Shown here in pieces: positions 46,382 to 59,420 of a stretch of DNA of 64,000 bases. A program made the translations under genes and the position numbers. This stretch comes from Candidatus Eiseniibacteriota bacterium. Its GTDB lineage: Bacteria > Eisenbacteria > RBG-16-71-46 > JABDJR01. A model generated the notes under the pieces. It was given only the letters and a program-made list of their open reading frames with translations. It did no database searches and had not been told where the DNA came from. The number at the start of each line of letters is the position of its first letter. Within the stretch, counting starts at the first letter, position 1. The stretch lies in the NCBI GenBank assembly GCA_963762255.1, contig CAVXKA010000001.1:1322121-1386120 (forward strand). The letters run 5' to 3'.

Positions 46382-46966
46382 GGCTGTTTCTCCTTGCTCG
46401 GACAAACTCGTAGCGGGGTGAAGCCGCTCTCACCCACGATCCGCTGGACACGCTTCATGGCATGGTGGACACGAGAGCGTAGAGTCCCTTCGGGCTCTCC
46501 GCAGATGGCCGACATCTCGCGATAGGAACGATCTTCGTGAATCCTGAGAAAAAACGCCTGCGCATAGGCCGGCGGCAGGTCCGATAGCGCCGACTCCACG
46601 ACCTCGAGGAGATCCTTGTGATCTACGGCATGTCTCGGGCTCTTCCGCCGGCCGCCGCGTGGCATCCAGCACGGCCGACGACAGTTCGTCATGCCGCCGC
46701 TGCGCGCGCCGACGGTCATATGCGATTCGGGTGGCGACGGTGAAGAGCCACGAGCGGAATCGCCCGCGTCCGGTGTACTGGCCACGTCCCTGCAAGATCC
46801 GCAGGTAGGTCTCGTGCAGGACGTCCTCCGCCTCCGCGCGCTCCCGGAGCATCCGCTCGAGATACGAGAGGAGGGCCGGAGCGTGACGGCGATACAGTTC
46901 GGCCAGCGCTCGGGGATCGCCCCCGCGGCTGCGTATCACCAGGAGATCGTCGTCCGTCTCGTCCAC
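46378..46966 (-). CDS. ECF (sigma-70 family) RNA polymerase sigma factor; one frame disruption (~46650)
   Basis: Region 2 ([16 protein letters not shown]...[12 protein letters not shown]) and region 4 ([44 protein letters not shown]) lie in two different frames. Confidence 0.65.
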
Positions 46967-46984
46967 GCTGATCGTTTGCGGCCG

Positions 46985-48291
46985 CTACTGCCAGCGATCC
47001 GCATCCTTGGATTCGGGGTCCAGTTCCTTCCAATACTTGGCCACTGCCTTCACCTTCTCGGTCTGGCCGTGGAAGTTGAGAATGTGGATGGCCGTACCGA
47101 GAGCGTAGCGCACTCCCGCCATGTCTCCCTGTTTCGCGAGCGGTCCCGCAGCCGATTGCAGCACCGCGGGGTAGTTCCTCATGAGCATGCCCACCGCGGA
47201 GGTCGGCCCCCAGGGGACGCCGAGATCGGTCGCGCTGTCGAGGCGAAAGTCGTCCCGGAAGAGTCGGATCGTCTTGGCGGCGTCGATGGCGTGGGAATCC
47301 GCATCGTCCTGCGCGCCCGCGTCCTTCCCGCCCGACTTCACCCGCCAGAGGAGGCCCTCGATCTCGAGACCGCCCTCGCAGCACTTCAGATAGTTCTCGG
47401 ACACGGTGATCGCCAGGTACACCGGCCCCTTCCAGGTTCCGGCACGCACCCTGTCGACCAGATCCTGAAGGAGAACCTGCGAAAATCCTGCGGTCCTTGC
47501 CGAGCTTCCCGCCCGCCCACTGGGTGCTCCGCTCGCGCACGGCCGTCTCGCTGAAGGGCGGCGAACCGAAGGCCGCTCCCTTCCACACGTTCACCGCGTA
47601 CTCCTCGACGTTCAGAAGCGACAGGTTCACGACGAGGACGTCGGTGCGCACCCCGCGAACGGCCTGGAGCGCAAGCAGGGGATAGGTGTCGTTGTCGCCG
47701 TTGGTGAGAAGAATGGCGTTCGGCTCGGCGCTCATGAGGAGGTTGTACCCGAAATCCAGTACGGGCGCCGAGAGGCCTCCCTTATCGAGGAGCGCCTCGC
47801 AGGTGTTCGCGAACCTCGTCCCGCTTGCCATCGATCATGGCGAAGGAGCAGAGGATGAAGTGGGGCTCCGGCCAGTTTGGCGCCAACTCCACGGCGCGCT
47901 GACCGAACCGGCGTCCCTCGTCGCGCGCCTGCGTGAAGGCGTGCTTCCAACCCGCCATCGCCTCCAGCGCCTCGGGGCAGTCGGGGTTCACTTCGATCGC
48001 TTTGCCGATCAGCGCTTCGCGCTCCTCCTGCGTTCCGGCGCCCGCGTAGCGCATGGCCCGGTACTGCTCGACATATCCCACCGCCTCCTGCGGGTGGTCC
48101 TTGACGTAGGCTCGCCACTGTTCGACGAGCGCCTCGTAGGATTCCTTGGGGAGAATCGTCTCGCGCAGGGAACGGACCTCGGGGGGCATGCCCGGCCGGA
48201 TCGAAGGGGCGCCGGCGAATGCGGTGCCCGCGAGGGACAGAACGGCCAGGGACGCGATGGCGCTGCGGAAGGACGCCGGTTTCGATTTCAT
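46985..48291 (-). pseudogene. hypothetical secreted protein, roughly 435 aa, disrupted by about three frameshifts
   Basis: Signal peptide MKSKPASFRSAIASLAVLSLAGTAFA. The protein continues through three ORF fragments (47782-48291, 46716-47831, 46985-47449). Confidence 0.4.
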
Positions 48292-48312
48292 GTCTGGCTC
48301 CGGGTTGAAGGG

Positions 48313-49939
48313 TCAAGATCGGGGGCTCCCGTAGAACGCGGGAGCCCCCTGATTCGTTGAGCCGGACTGGAAGACCCTTGCACGCCCGGAGACCGGGGCC
48401 GCTAGGGAAGCGGCTGCATCGTCATCGGATCGCGCAGAGGGATCCTCTTCGGCTCGCCGCCCGCGAGCTGCGTGCAGGGTCACGTCGTGCTTGCCGTCGG
48501 GCTGCACCATCTCGGCGGCGCTCCCCACCATGAGGAACGTCATCTTCTCAGGATCCAGCAGCCGGCGCGCCACCCGCTGCACGTCCTCCACGGTGACCGC
48601 GCTCAGCCGGCTCGTGTACTCGGCGAAGTAGTTGGGATCCTTCCGGTAGCGCCCCGTCAACTCCTCCGCCGCCAGCGCGCCGGAGATCGCCGCCGCATTC
48701 GGGAATCGGGCGGGGAAGCCCTCGATGAACGAGTTCTTGGCCGTGGCGAGATCTTCGTCGGAGATCGACTCGTCGCGGATGCGGTTGATCTCCTCGAGCG
48801 CGATCTGGGTCGCGTAGGCGGTCGAACGGGCCTTGGTCTGGAAGACCAGCCGCCACGGGTCCGGGATAGTAGAACCCGCCCTCGAGGCGCGAGTTGACCG
48901 AGTAGGCCAGCCCTTCGTCGGAGCGGATGCGATTGACCAGACGCGAGGTGAAGCCGCCGCCGCCGAGGACGTAGTTCATGACCATGGCCGCGGGAAAGTC
49001 GGGATCGTAGCGATCGACGGCGACGAGCCCGATGGAGACTCGCGTCTGGTTCACGTCCTTGTCGGCGATGAACCAGCCCGCCTTCGAGGGCTCGGCGGGC
49101 GCTGCCGGAGCTCCGGGGTTCTCGCCGGGCGTGGGCCAGCCGGCGAAGGCCTTCTCGAGCTTCTTCACCATGGCCTTCTTGTCGAAGTCGCCGGACACCG
49201 ACAACACGAAGTTCTTCGGTCCCATAGTGCGCCGTTGGAAAGAGACCATGTCCTCGCGCGTGATGGAGTTCATGGAGGCCTCGGTCGGATACCGGTTCGA
49301 CCAGTGATCCTCACCGCGCATGAGGTAGCCCCACTCGTAGCTCTCGATGCCGGCGCTCTCGTCGTTGCGCCGCTTCATGTCCTGGAGTTCCTGCTCCCGG
49401 CGCAGATCGAGCCGGTCCGCCTGGAACGCGCACCCCTTGAGGCAATCGGTCAGGAGCCCGAGCCCCTCGTCGATGTCCTTGGCCAGAAGGTTCAGCGTGA
49501 CATAGGACTCGGTGCCGGAGACCGGCACTCCGCCCATCCCGAACATGCCGCGGCCGCTCCCCATGCCGGATTGGAGCTGGGCGCCGAGAAACGACAGCCG
49601 CTCTTCGAGCTGCTCCGCGGTCATGAGCTGAGTGCCGCTGCGGGTGAGCAGGTGACAGGGTCGTGCTCGCCAGCCCCTCTTTGCCCGCGGGATCGAGATC
49701 GGGGCCGACGCGCATGATCACGCTGACCGTGACCAGCGGCAGCGTGCGGTCCGGAACGAGATAGGCCGGAATGCCGTTTCCGAGCGTCGACTCGGTACTG
49801 AGCCGCGTCGGGTGGGGTGAACTGCAGCGGCGGAAACTGGATCTTCTCCGGACGGTCGGGGATATCGGAGGCCGCCGCCGGACGCGCGGTCGCCATCAAC
49901 AGCGAGCAGCACGGCTCGCCAGGAGATGGATGCGGTTCA
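48313..49939 (-). pseudogene. M16-family (pitrilysin/PqqL-like) peptidase, non-catalytic-type subunit; at least four frame disruptions
   Basis: Start ATG with RBS GGAGG (MNRIHLLAS...). Collinear M16 middle and C-terminal domains are spread over several frames. The native C-terminus may lie at ~48403. Confidence 0.55.
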
Positions 49940-49956
49940 TCGTCGTTCCTCCGCTC

Positions 49957-51760
49957 ACTTGCTGCTCTGCAGCTGGGTGATGCGCGCCTGGGCCTTCGCG
50001 CGGATGTAGTCGAGAGCGGGCTTCATTTCCGGAGGCATCTGCCCCCCCATCTGCTCGATCCGCTCGAGGATCTTCTGCACCTGGGCCGGATCGGTGGCTC
50101 GCGTCAATGCGGCTCACCGTCGCCTTGACCATCTGCTTGGCGTCGGCGGGAAGCGCGGCCAGCGCCGGGTCCTCGGGTTCGGTCCCTCCCTTGCGCGTCC
50201 ACACCGCCACCGCGCGATTCTCCTTGCGGAAGTAGGTCTGAGCCACGCGCTGCACGTCGGCCGCGGTCACCGTCTGCACCGCCGCGTCGATGCGGTCGGC
50301 GTCCTTCCAGGAGCCCGTGCCCTCCGCCACCGCGTACCGGAAGAGAAGCTGCATGTTGGAGCTGATCTCGCGATAGCTCGAGGCGAGGTAGCGGTTCTTC
50401 ACCTTCTGCAGCTCGTCGGCGGTCACCGGCTCCTTCTGGAGCTTCTCGATCTCGGCGTGGATCGCCGTCTCCACCTCTTCCGGGGTGTGGCCTTCCTTGC
50501 ACTCGGCCGTCGATCTCGAACATGCCCCTCGTACTTGCGCGGGATCGTTGCGAGGCGCGGGCCTCGGTGGCGATTCCCCGATCCAGGACCAGGCTCTTCT
50601 GCAGCCGGCCTGTGGGCCCGTTCAGGAGACCCTCGAGGACGTTCAGCGCCGGCACGTCCCGATGCACGTACGCAGCCGCGTGCCAGCGCACCCACACCGC
50701 CGGGTTGGTCTCGGCCTCCGCGTAGAAACGCTTCTCGGCGGTGGCGGGGATCTCGGAGGTGATCATCTCCGGCGCCGGCTTCGGCCCGCGCGGGATCGCG
50801 CCGAGGTACTTCTCGGCCATGGCCAACGTCTGCTTCGGGTCGAAGTCGCCGACCAGGATCGCGGTCAGGTTCTGCGGCGCGTAGTAGAGCGAGTAGTACT
50901 CGTCGGCCTGCGCCTTGGTGATGTTGGCGATGTCGCTCGGCCAGCCGATCACCGGCCACAGATAGGGGCTCGAGTCCCAGAACATGGCGTCGAAGGAGAC
51001 CTCGAACGGTCCGGTCGGCGTGGACTCCACCGAGCGGCGCCGCTCCTCGTAGACCACGTCGCGCTCGGAGTAGAACTCGCGGAAGACGCGGTTCTGCAGC
51101 CGGTCGGATTCCATCCAGAACCAGAGCTCGAGCTTGTTGGCGGGCACGGTCTCGAAGTAGACCGTCATGTCCTCGCTGGTGAAGGCGTTGATGAAGGTGG
51201 CGCCGTTCTGCTGGAGGATGAGATCGAACTCGTTCTTGACCATGTTGGCGCGCTGGGCGGTCACCAGGGAATCGAACTGCGCCTCCAGCTGGAGGTAGCG
51301 CGGCGTCTTCGCCTCCGGCCGGGTCATGTCCTCGATGTCTCCCCGGCGCTGCGCCGCGCGCATCGCGCTCAGCTCGGCGCGCATCTCGTCCCGGATCGCG
51401 CTCCTGCTCCTCGATGAGCTGCACGTCCTTGGCGTAGTCGCGGGTGCCGATCACGTGGGTTCCCTTGAACATCATGTGCTCGAAGAGGTGCGAGATCCCG
51501 GTGATCCCGGGGCGCTCGTTGACGGAGCCGACGTGGGCCACCCAGGCGCCGCAGACCGTCGGGCTCAGGTGCTGGGGGATGAGCACGAGTTTCATCCCGT
51601 TGGAGAGGACGTACTCTTCGATGGGCAGGCTGGGGCCCGCGGGGGCGGCCGTGCCCCCGCCTTTGGGGGCGGCGACCGCCGCCACGGAGAAGATGACGGT
51701 GAGCAGCACGGCGATGCCGGCAACCGAGACGAGGGAACGCACTGGGGAGGATCGACTCAT
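49957..51760 (-). pseudogene. M16-family zinc peptidase (HxxEH insulinase-type), three frame disruptions (~51390, ~50500, ~50110)
   Basis: Signal peptide MSRSSPVRSLVSVAGIAVLLTVIFSVAAVAA. Inverted zinc motif HLFEHMMFKGT. The C-terminal domain continues in other frames down to the stop at ~49957. Confidence 0.65.
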
Positions 51761-51854
51761 GGCGGGTCTCCTGAAGTTCGGGCAGGTGACGGGCGGCCTG
51801 GAGCGCGATGTCGCAACTTACGGTAAGGAAGGAACCACGTCGCGAGAGCGGGAG

Positions 51855-53715
51855 TCAAGAGCCTCGGAGTCGGTCCACGCCCGCGGTGGGAAAGCTCAAC
51901 TCGGTCTGCGGGATCCGTCCGGACTCACGGTTAGGAGCGATCGTCTCGGAAAGCAGCCCGAGCACCTCGGCGCGCTTCACCGATCCCACCAGGCGCTTCT
52001 CGTGCAGGCTGCTCACAACGGGGATGTTCCGCTGTTCGCTGGCCACCACCGCAGGCAGGGCCTCGATGAGCGTTTGATCCGGCGTGACACAGGGGGGCGA
52101 GGTCCGCATGAGGTCGTGGGCGATGACGGCCATCTCCTGATGTCCCCTCAAGTACTCCTTCATGTCCTGCAGCGCCACCACGCCGACCAGCCGATGCTCG
52201 TCGTCGACGACCGGCAGATAGTTGTTGGCGCTGGCGAGGAACCGGTGAGCGATCTCGGTTAGCGGCGTCCTCTCCGAGAGAGGGGCGATCGGCGACCGCA
52301 TCAGCTCACCTATGGTCTGCGCCGTGACGTCCTCGGGTCCCGCCGTATCCCGCTCGAAGGTCAGACCCCTGATACCGCAGGGGTTCGGTGTAGACGGACG
52401 CCGCGTGCAGCCGTCGGGAGAGGAGGACGGAGACCGCACACCCGAGCATGAGCGGCGGCATCAGCGAGTAATTGAGAGAGATCTCGAAGATCATGATCAT
52501 CGCCAGCAGCGGGGAGTGGGTGGTGGCGGCGAGCATGCTTCCCATACCGACCAGGGCGAAGGCCGCCGAGGGGACTCCCGTCGCCTGTCCCAACCGGTGC
52601 ACGGTCAGCGCGAACGCGGTGCCCAACCCTGCCCCAAGAAAGAGGGTCGGAGTGAACACGCCGCCTACCGTTCCGGCTCCGACCGCGATCGATGTGGCCA
52701 ACAGTTTGGCGGCGATCAAGCCGGTGACGAGCAGCAAGGGAATCTGATCGGGGGCGAATTGCTCCCGCAGGAGCCGGTTGGTGATGACGTATCCGTTGCC
52801 CCAAACGCCGGGATACTCGATGGCGATGACCCCGACCACCAACCCCGCGATCATGAGACGAACGTAGATGGGGGCCGGCAGGCGCCGGAAACTCTCCTCG
52901 CTCCACCGCAGGAGCTTCAGGAAGAACGCGCCGAACCACCCGGCCAGGAGTCCAAGCAGGATGAACCACGGCAATTGCTCCAGCCGCGTGATGTCGAAAT
53001 CCGGTACCACGTACCACGGCGCGATGCCGAAGAAGCTGCGGGAGACGACCGAGGACATCACCGACGCGAAGACCAGGGGAGCGAAGGAGGGCATGGAGAA
53101 ATTGCCGAGCACGATGGTCGCCGCGAAAACCGCCCCCGAAATCGGGGCGTTGTAGGCCGCGGCGATTCCCGCCGCCGCTCCGCAGCCGACCAGCAATCGG
53201 AGCCGGTAGGGCTGGTAGCCGAGAACCTGCCCACCCTTGGAGGCGAGCGTGGCCGAGAGCTGCACGATGCCGCCTTCCCGACCGATGGACGCGCCGCTGC
53301 CGATGCTGACCAGCGAAGAGAGCGTCTTGACGAGCCCGCTTCGGAAGGGGAGCCGCCCGTCGCCCGCCACGACGACTTCGAGCAGGTTCGTCGACCCCTG
53401 AGGTCCCACCAGTCGCAATCCCCAATGCAGCACGAGGCCGGCGACCAAGCCGCCGACCGTCGGTATGAGGACCCGAAGCCAGGGGCTCAGGAACTCCGCG
53501 ACTTCCACCGGATCGCCCCTGTAGTGGAGAAAGAGCGTCTTCGTGGATTCCATGGCATGGTAGTACGCGAGGTTCGCGAGGCCGCCGATGACCCCGACCA
53601 CGCCGGCCAGCACCAGGTGGAACGCTTCCTCGGTCGGCTGGAACTTCCCGCGAAGGCGCATCGCGGGACGCCAGTGCCGTCGGAGAACCGACAGCGGCTT
53701 GGTGAAGCCCTTCAT
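51855..53715 (-). CDS. ClC-family chloride channel/H+-Cl- antiporter with a C-terminal CBS-domain pair; one frame disruption (~52350)
   Basis: GSGASIGREGG selectivity-filter motif and GVFTP. The CBS pair is encoded by fragment 51855-52439. ATGA overlap with the upstream GH92 stop. Confidence 0.75.
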
Positions 53716-56692
53716 TTCGGCTCGACCTCGAGTAGGAACTCGTCGGCGAAGATGAAGGAGAGATTGCCCGTTCCCTTGTGCCAGGGCGGACACATGCCAG
53801 GCGCTGTCGCGCGGATCCTCACGTAGCGGGCGGGACGCGCCTCCACGGAGACGCCGAATTCCTTGAGCACGACGCCCTCGGTGCGCTCATCGACATCGTT
53901 GACCGCGCTCCCGGCGGGCTCCCACACCGCGCCGTCCATCGACACCTCGAACGATACGGAGACGCGGCATGAAGATCCAGGAGTTCTGATCCTGCAGGAA
54001 GCTCACCGCGAGCCGATGGATGTCCAGCGTCTCGCCGAGATCGATGACGGCTTCCATGTCGGCTCCGTAGAAGCCGAGCCACCCGCCGAGGCGCCAATCC
54101 TCGCCGCCGCGGATGCCGTCGATGAGTGCGTCGGGGCCGTTGGCGGTGTACTGGTGGTGCGTGGGGGAGAGGCTCAGCACGCGCCAGCGGCCGGGAATGC
54201 GATGGAAGGTCGCTTCCTGGGCGGGAGCGGGATTTTCGCGGCCGGTATCGCTCTGGAAACGAATCGTCGTCGTGGCGGTCAGCTCGATCGGCTTCTTGTA
54301 GACGGGCGACGCGTGCGTCGGCTCCGAGCCGTCGAGCGTGTAGCGGATCACGGCATCCGCCGCCGGCGAGGCAAGCGCGACGCGCGTGCTCTCGCGGAAC
54401 GGCGTCTCGCCTGTTGCCACGTAGGGGACGGGCGGCGGATTGGGCCCCGGCATGGAAGAAACCGGGGTCTTCCCCGGTCCGGCTCCCCACGCGGGATTCG
54501 GCGTCGCGCCCATCTCGAACACGAGGCGTCCGCCTCGGAGAATCTCGTCGTGGGTGAGCCATGCGCGCTCGAACGGCTCGCCGTCCAGGGTCGCAGACTG
54601 AATGTATGGGCGCTCCGGCCCCGCTCCGCGCGCTTCGATCGTGAATGTGCCGCCGCTCGGCAGTCGAACGGCGGCCCCGGGGAAGAGCGGCGTGCCGATC
54701 GCATACTCCGACCGCCCAGGACAAACGCTGTAGAAACCCAGAGCGCTCAGCACGTACCACGCGCTCATCTGCCCGCAGTCCTCGTTACCGATCAGGCCGT
54801 CGGGACGCGCGGCGTACATCGTATCCATGATCTGACGGACGCGCTGCTGCGTCTTCCAGGGTTGGCCGGCGTAGGCGTAGAGGTATGCCATGTGATGGCT
54901 GGGCTCGTTGCCGTGGGCGTACTGGCCGATGAGACCTGTGATGTCGGATTGCTCGCGGCCGGTAGTCTGCGGCGAGGCGGTGAAGAGCGAGTCGAGCTTG
55001 GTCGCGTAAGCCGCCGGTCCGCCCAGTCGCCTCCATCTCCCCCGAGATGTCGTGCGGCACGAAGAACGTGTACTGCCAGCTATTGGCCTCGGTGAAGTTG
55101 AAGTCGACCTCGGTGGGGCGGAACGGCGCGAGCCACGCCGCGTTGCGCTTCGGTCGCATGAAGCCGGTGGCGGGGTCGAGCAGGTTCCGCCAGCTCGTAG
55201 CTCGCCGGTCGTATTCCGCGCGTTGGGCTTCATGGCCCAACGCCTCGGCCATTCGCGCGATGCACCAATCGTCGTACGCGTACTCCAGCGTCTTGGAAAC
55301 GCTCTCGCTTTCCTTGTCCCCCGGGATGTAGCCGTACGCGCGGTAGGCGGCGAGTCCCCGCCCGGGATGCTCCGCGCTCGCGCGCATGGCCGCGAAGGCC
55401 GCCTCGACGTCGAACCCGCGAATTCCCTTGGCGTACGCATCCGCGATCACCGATACCGCGTGGTAGCCGATCATGCAGTCGGTCTCGTTCGCGGCCAGCT
55501 CCCAGACGGGCAGGAGTCCCCCCTCGCGGTGCTGCGCGAGAAACGTCTCGATGAAGTCCGTCGTACGCCCCGGCTCCAGGATCGTGTAGAGGGGATGTGC
55601 GGCGCGAAACGTGTCCCACAGAGAGAAGACCGTGTACTGAGTCCGACCCGGCGCCGTGTGGACCGCGTCGTCCCGCCCTCGATAGCGGCCGTCCACGTCG
55701 CTCCATGTGTTGGGCTGGAGGAGCGTGTGGTAGAGCGCGGTATAGAAGACCGTTTCCTGCTCCGACGTGCCGCCTCGGACCGTGACGCGGCCGAGCGCTT
55801 CGTCCCATGCGCTCCGGGCAGCCTGGTGCACGCCCTCGAATCCCCATCCGGGGATCTCGGCGTCCAGGTTGCGGCGGGCGCCTTCGATGTCGACGGCGCT
55901 GATCCCCACCTTCACCAGCACCGCCTCGCCGCGCTTGGCTGTGAACCGCAGCGCGGCCTTCACGTTCGTACCCTCTGCGAAGGTGAGGCCCTCGCGAGGC
56001 TGGTCGTCCACGGCGATCAAGGCGTCCACCGGTCGCGAGAACCGCGCCACGAAGTAGACCCTCTGGTTCTGCGCCCAGGCGCGCGAGCGGCGGAAGCCCT
56101 CGATCTCCTGCGGCCCCACGACGCGCAGGCTCGACGTGATCACCTCGTCGCGATGGCTCAGGTCCAGGAGAATATGCGCGGGGCCGCTCCGCTCGAAGGT
56201 GTAGCGATGCATGCCCGCGCGCAAAGTGGCCGTGAGTTCGGCGGTCACCCCGTAATCGTCGAGGCGGACCGCGTAGTAGCCCGCCGAGGCGCGCTCGGTG
56301 TCCTTGCGAAACCGAGATCCATAACCGTGCGCGCTGTCCTCGGGCGCGTAGCCCGAGACCCAACGAATCTTCCCGGTGGCGGGCAGGAACAGGATGTCGC
56401 CGTAGTCGCTCACCCCGGTACCGCTCAAATGGGTGTGGGAGAACCCGAACACGCGGCGATCGCTGTCGTGGTAGCCGGAGCATCCGTCCCAACCGGTGAG
56501 TCGGGTATCGGGGGAGAGCTGCACCATGCCGAACGGGAGCGTGGGTCCGGGAAACGTGTGCCCGTGGCCGCCGGTGCCGATCCTGGGGTCGACGCTGTCG
56601 ACGGGGTCACCCGCCGCCGTGGCCGACGGTGCGGCCAGGACGGCGAAGGCAGCCAAGATCGAGAGCGCGAGCCGACGGTTCAAGGTGGGCAT
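53712..56692 (-). pseudogene. GH92-family alpha-mannosidase with a C-terminal F5/8 type C (discoidin) domain; two frame disruptions (~55420, ~53950)
   Basis: Signal peptide. GH92 N-terminal hallmark DPRIGTGGHGHTFPGPTLPFGMVQLSPDT. Collinear GH92 core over fragments 54785-56692 and 53887-55440. The discoidin-like tail is fragment 53712-53945. Confidence 0.75.
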
Positions 56693-56801
56693 CTCCGCGT
56701 TTGAGCCATTCCCGACCGTGCCAATCTATCGCGCCAGTTGACGCTCCGCCACCCCCCGCGTAGGCTCGCCCGCCAAGTCGATTCGTCACCGGAGGTGCAC
56801 C

Positions 56802-57851
56802 ATGAGCCGACCCGTCACGGCCCTTCTTCTCGTTCTTCTCGTCCTCGGCGCGGGATGCGCACCCAAGTCCGACAAGGTCGACAAGCAGATCGTCATCGGC
56901 TTGTCGCTGGATACGCTGCGCGAAGAGCGCTGGCAGCGGGATCGCGACGAGTTCGTGCGGCGCGCCGAGGAACTGGGCGCCAAGGTTCTGGTCCAGGCCG
57001 CCAACAACAACGACGCCCTCCAGAACTCCCAGGCGGAGAACCTGCTCACCCAGGGCGTGGACGTGCTGGTCGTGGCGCCGCACAACAGCGAGACCAGCGC
57101 GACCATCGTCGCGGCCGCTCACAAGGCGGGCGTTCCGGTCATCGCGTACGATCGGCTTATCCGCAACAGCGACGTCGACCTCTACATTTCCTTCGACAAC
57201 TTCAAGGTCGGTCAACTTCAGGCCGGTTACGCAGTGGAGCGGAAGCCAGCCGGCAACTACGTGCTCATCGCCGGAGCGCCCACCGACAACAACGCGCACA
57301 TGTATCGTGACGGCCAGTTGAGTGTGCTCCAGCCCTACGTCGACCGAGGCGAGATCACGATCGTCGTGGATCAATGGGCCAATGACTGGCTCGCCTCCGA
57401 GGCGCTCAAGATCATGGAGAACGCGCTCACCCGCAACAACAACAAGGTGGACGCGGTGGTCGTCTCCAACGATGCGCTGGCCGGCGGCGCGCTGCAGGCG
57501 CTGGGCGAGCAGAAGCTGGCTGGCTCGGTGGTGGTGACGGGCCAGGACGCCGAGCTCTCGGCGTGCCAGCGCATTGTCGGCGGCATCCAGAGCATGACGG
57601 TATACAAGCCGATCAAGCGGCTGGCCGCGCGGGGCGCCGAGGTCGCGATCCTCCTTGCCAAGAAGCAACCGGTGCCGGACGCCACCGGCGCGCTCGACAA
57701 CGGGTTCAAGCAGGTGCCGAGTCTGCTCATCGAGCCGATCGCGGTCGACAGGGACAACATGGCGACGACGGTGATCGCGGACGGCTTCCACAGGGTGAAG
57801 GACGTCTACAAGGACGTGCCGAAGGATCAATGGCCCCCCGTGCCGGAGTGA
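56802..57851 (+). CDS. xylF: D-xylose ABC transporter substrate-binding lipoprotein
   Basis: Near-collinear match to E. coli XylF along its length ([52 protein letters not shown]). Lipoprotein signal LGAGCAP. Confidence 0.9.
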   Translation: MSRPVTALLLVLLVLGAGCAPKSDKVDKQIVIGLSLDTLREERWQRDRDEFVRRAEELGAKVLVQAANNNDALQNSQAENLLTQGVDVLVVAPHNSETSATIVAAAHKAGVPVIAYDRLIRNSDVDLYISFDNFKVGQLQAGYAVERKPAGNYVLIAGAPTDNNAHMYRDGQLSVLQPYVDRGEITIVVDQWANDWLASEALKIMENALTRNNNKVDAVVVSNDALAGGALQALGEQKLAGSVVVTGQDAELSACQRIVGGIQSMTVYKPIKRLAARGAEVAILLAKKQPVPDATGALDNGFKQVPSLLIEPIAVDRDNMATTVIADGFHRVKDVYKDVPKDQWPPVPE

Positions 57852-59420
57852 TGCGTTCTGCCGGCGCTGGTGCCGCGGTGCCGCCGGCGACCGCGCCCAG
57901 GCTGGAATTGCGCGCCATCACCAAGGACTTCCCCGGCGTGCGCGCGCTGGACGGCGTCTCCTTCGACCTGCGCGCCGGCGAGATCCACGCGCTGTGCGGC
58001 GAGAACGGCGCCGGGAAGAGCACGCTCATCAAGATTCTCTCCGGCGTGCATCCCGCCGGCACCTATGGCGGGGAGATCCGTCTGGATGGTCGGCCCGTGC
58101 AAGTTCACCGGCGTGCGCGCCGCCGAGGCCGCGGGGATCGCTCTCATCGCGCAGGAGCTGGCGCTCGTGCCGGATCTCTCGGCGGCGGAGAACCTGGTGT
58201 TGGGGCGCGAACCGAGTCGTTTCGGCTGGATCGATCGGAGCACGGTGCGCGAGACCGCGCGGCGCGCCCTGGAGCGGGTCGGACTCGATATCGACGCGAG
58301 CCGCCCCGTGCATGAACTCGGCATCGGGCGGCAGCAATTGGTCGAGATCGCGCGGGCACTCGAGAAGAACGCCTCGATCCTCATCCTCGACGAGCCGACC
58401 GCCGCGCTGACCTCGGGGGATGTTGCCCGGCTGCGCGCTCTCTTGCTCGATCTGCGCGATCGCGGTGTGTCGGCCATCTATATCAGCCACCGGCTTGATG
58501 AAGTCTTCGGTCTGGCCGATCGCATCACCGTGCTTCGCGATGGGCGCACCGTGCAATCGGGACGAGTGGACGAGCTGACCCGCGAACAGATCATCTCCTG
58601 GATGGTGGGCCGCGAGGTGCGCGATTTCTATCCACGGCCGCCGCATCGACCGGGCGCGCGGCTGCTCAAGGTCGAGGGGTGGACCGTGGACGATCCACTC
58701 AACCCCGGGCGCACCGCGCTGGACGGCGTCGACCTCGAAGTCCGCGCCGGTGAAATCGTCGGTGTGGCCGGGCTCATGGGCGCGGGGCGCACGGCGTTGT
58801 TGTCGTCGCTGTTCGGCGCGGCGCGTAGCGAGGTCCGTGGGCGCTTGACCGTGGGAGATGCGGCATCGCCGCGCGGTCCTTTCACGTCGCCCGCCGAGGC
58901 CATCGCCGCCGGGCTCGCGCTCGTGAGCGAGGATCGCAAACGCTACGGCCTCGTGCCCACCGGCTCCGTTCTGGACAACATGACGCTGGCCACGCTGCGG
59001 CGCTTCGCTTCCGCCGGTTGGCTCAACCGCAGCGCGACGGAGACGGCGGTGCGCGAGCAGATCGCCGCCCTGCGGCTCAAGACTGCGGGCCTCGACGTGC
59101 CCGTCACCCAGCTCTCCGGGGGCAACCAGCAGAAGGTGATCCTCGGCAGGTGGCTCCTCGCGCGACCGCGCCTTCTTCTGCTGGATGAGCCGACACGAGG
59201 CATCGACGTCGGCGCGCGCGCCGAGATCTACGAGCTGATCCGCGTGCTGGTGGAGCAGGGAATGGGAGTGCTTCTCGCATCGTCGGATCTCCCCGAGGTG
59301 CTCGGACTCTGCCATCGCGTGATCGTGTTGCGCCAGGGACACCGCACCGCGGCGTGGCCCTGCGACGAGGCGACGCCGGAGCGCGTGATGGCCGCGGCCG
59401 CGTTGGGGGGTGGAACATGA
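57851..59420 (+). CDS. xylG: xylose/sugar ABC transporter ATP-binding protein (two NBDs); one frame disruption (~58100)
   Basis: Two Walker A / signature / Walker B sets. The start overlaps the xylF stop (TGATG). The N-terminal roughly 80 aa are in another frame. Confidence 0.8.
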
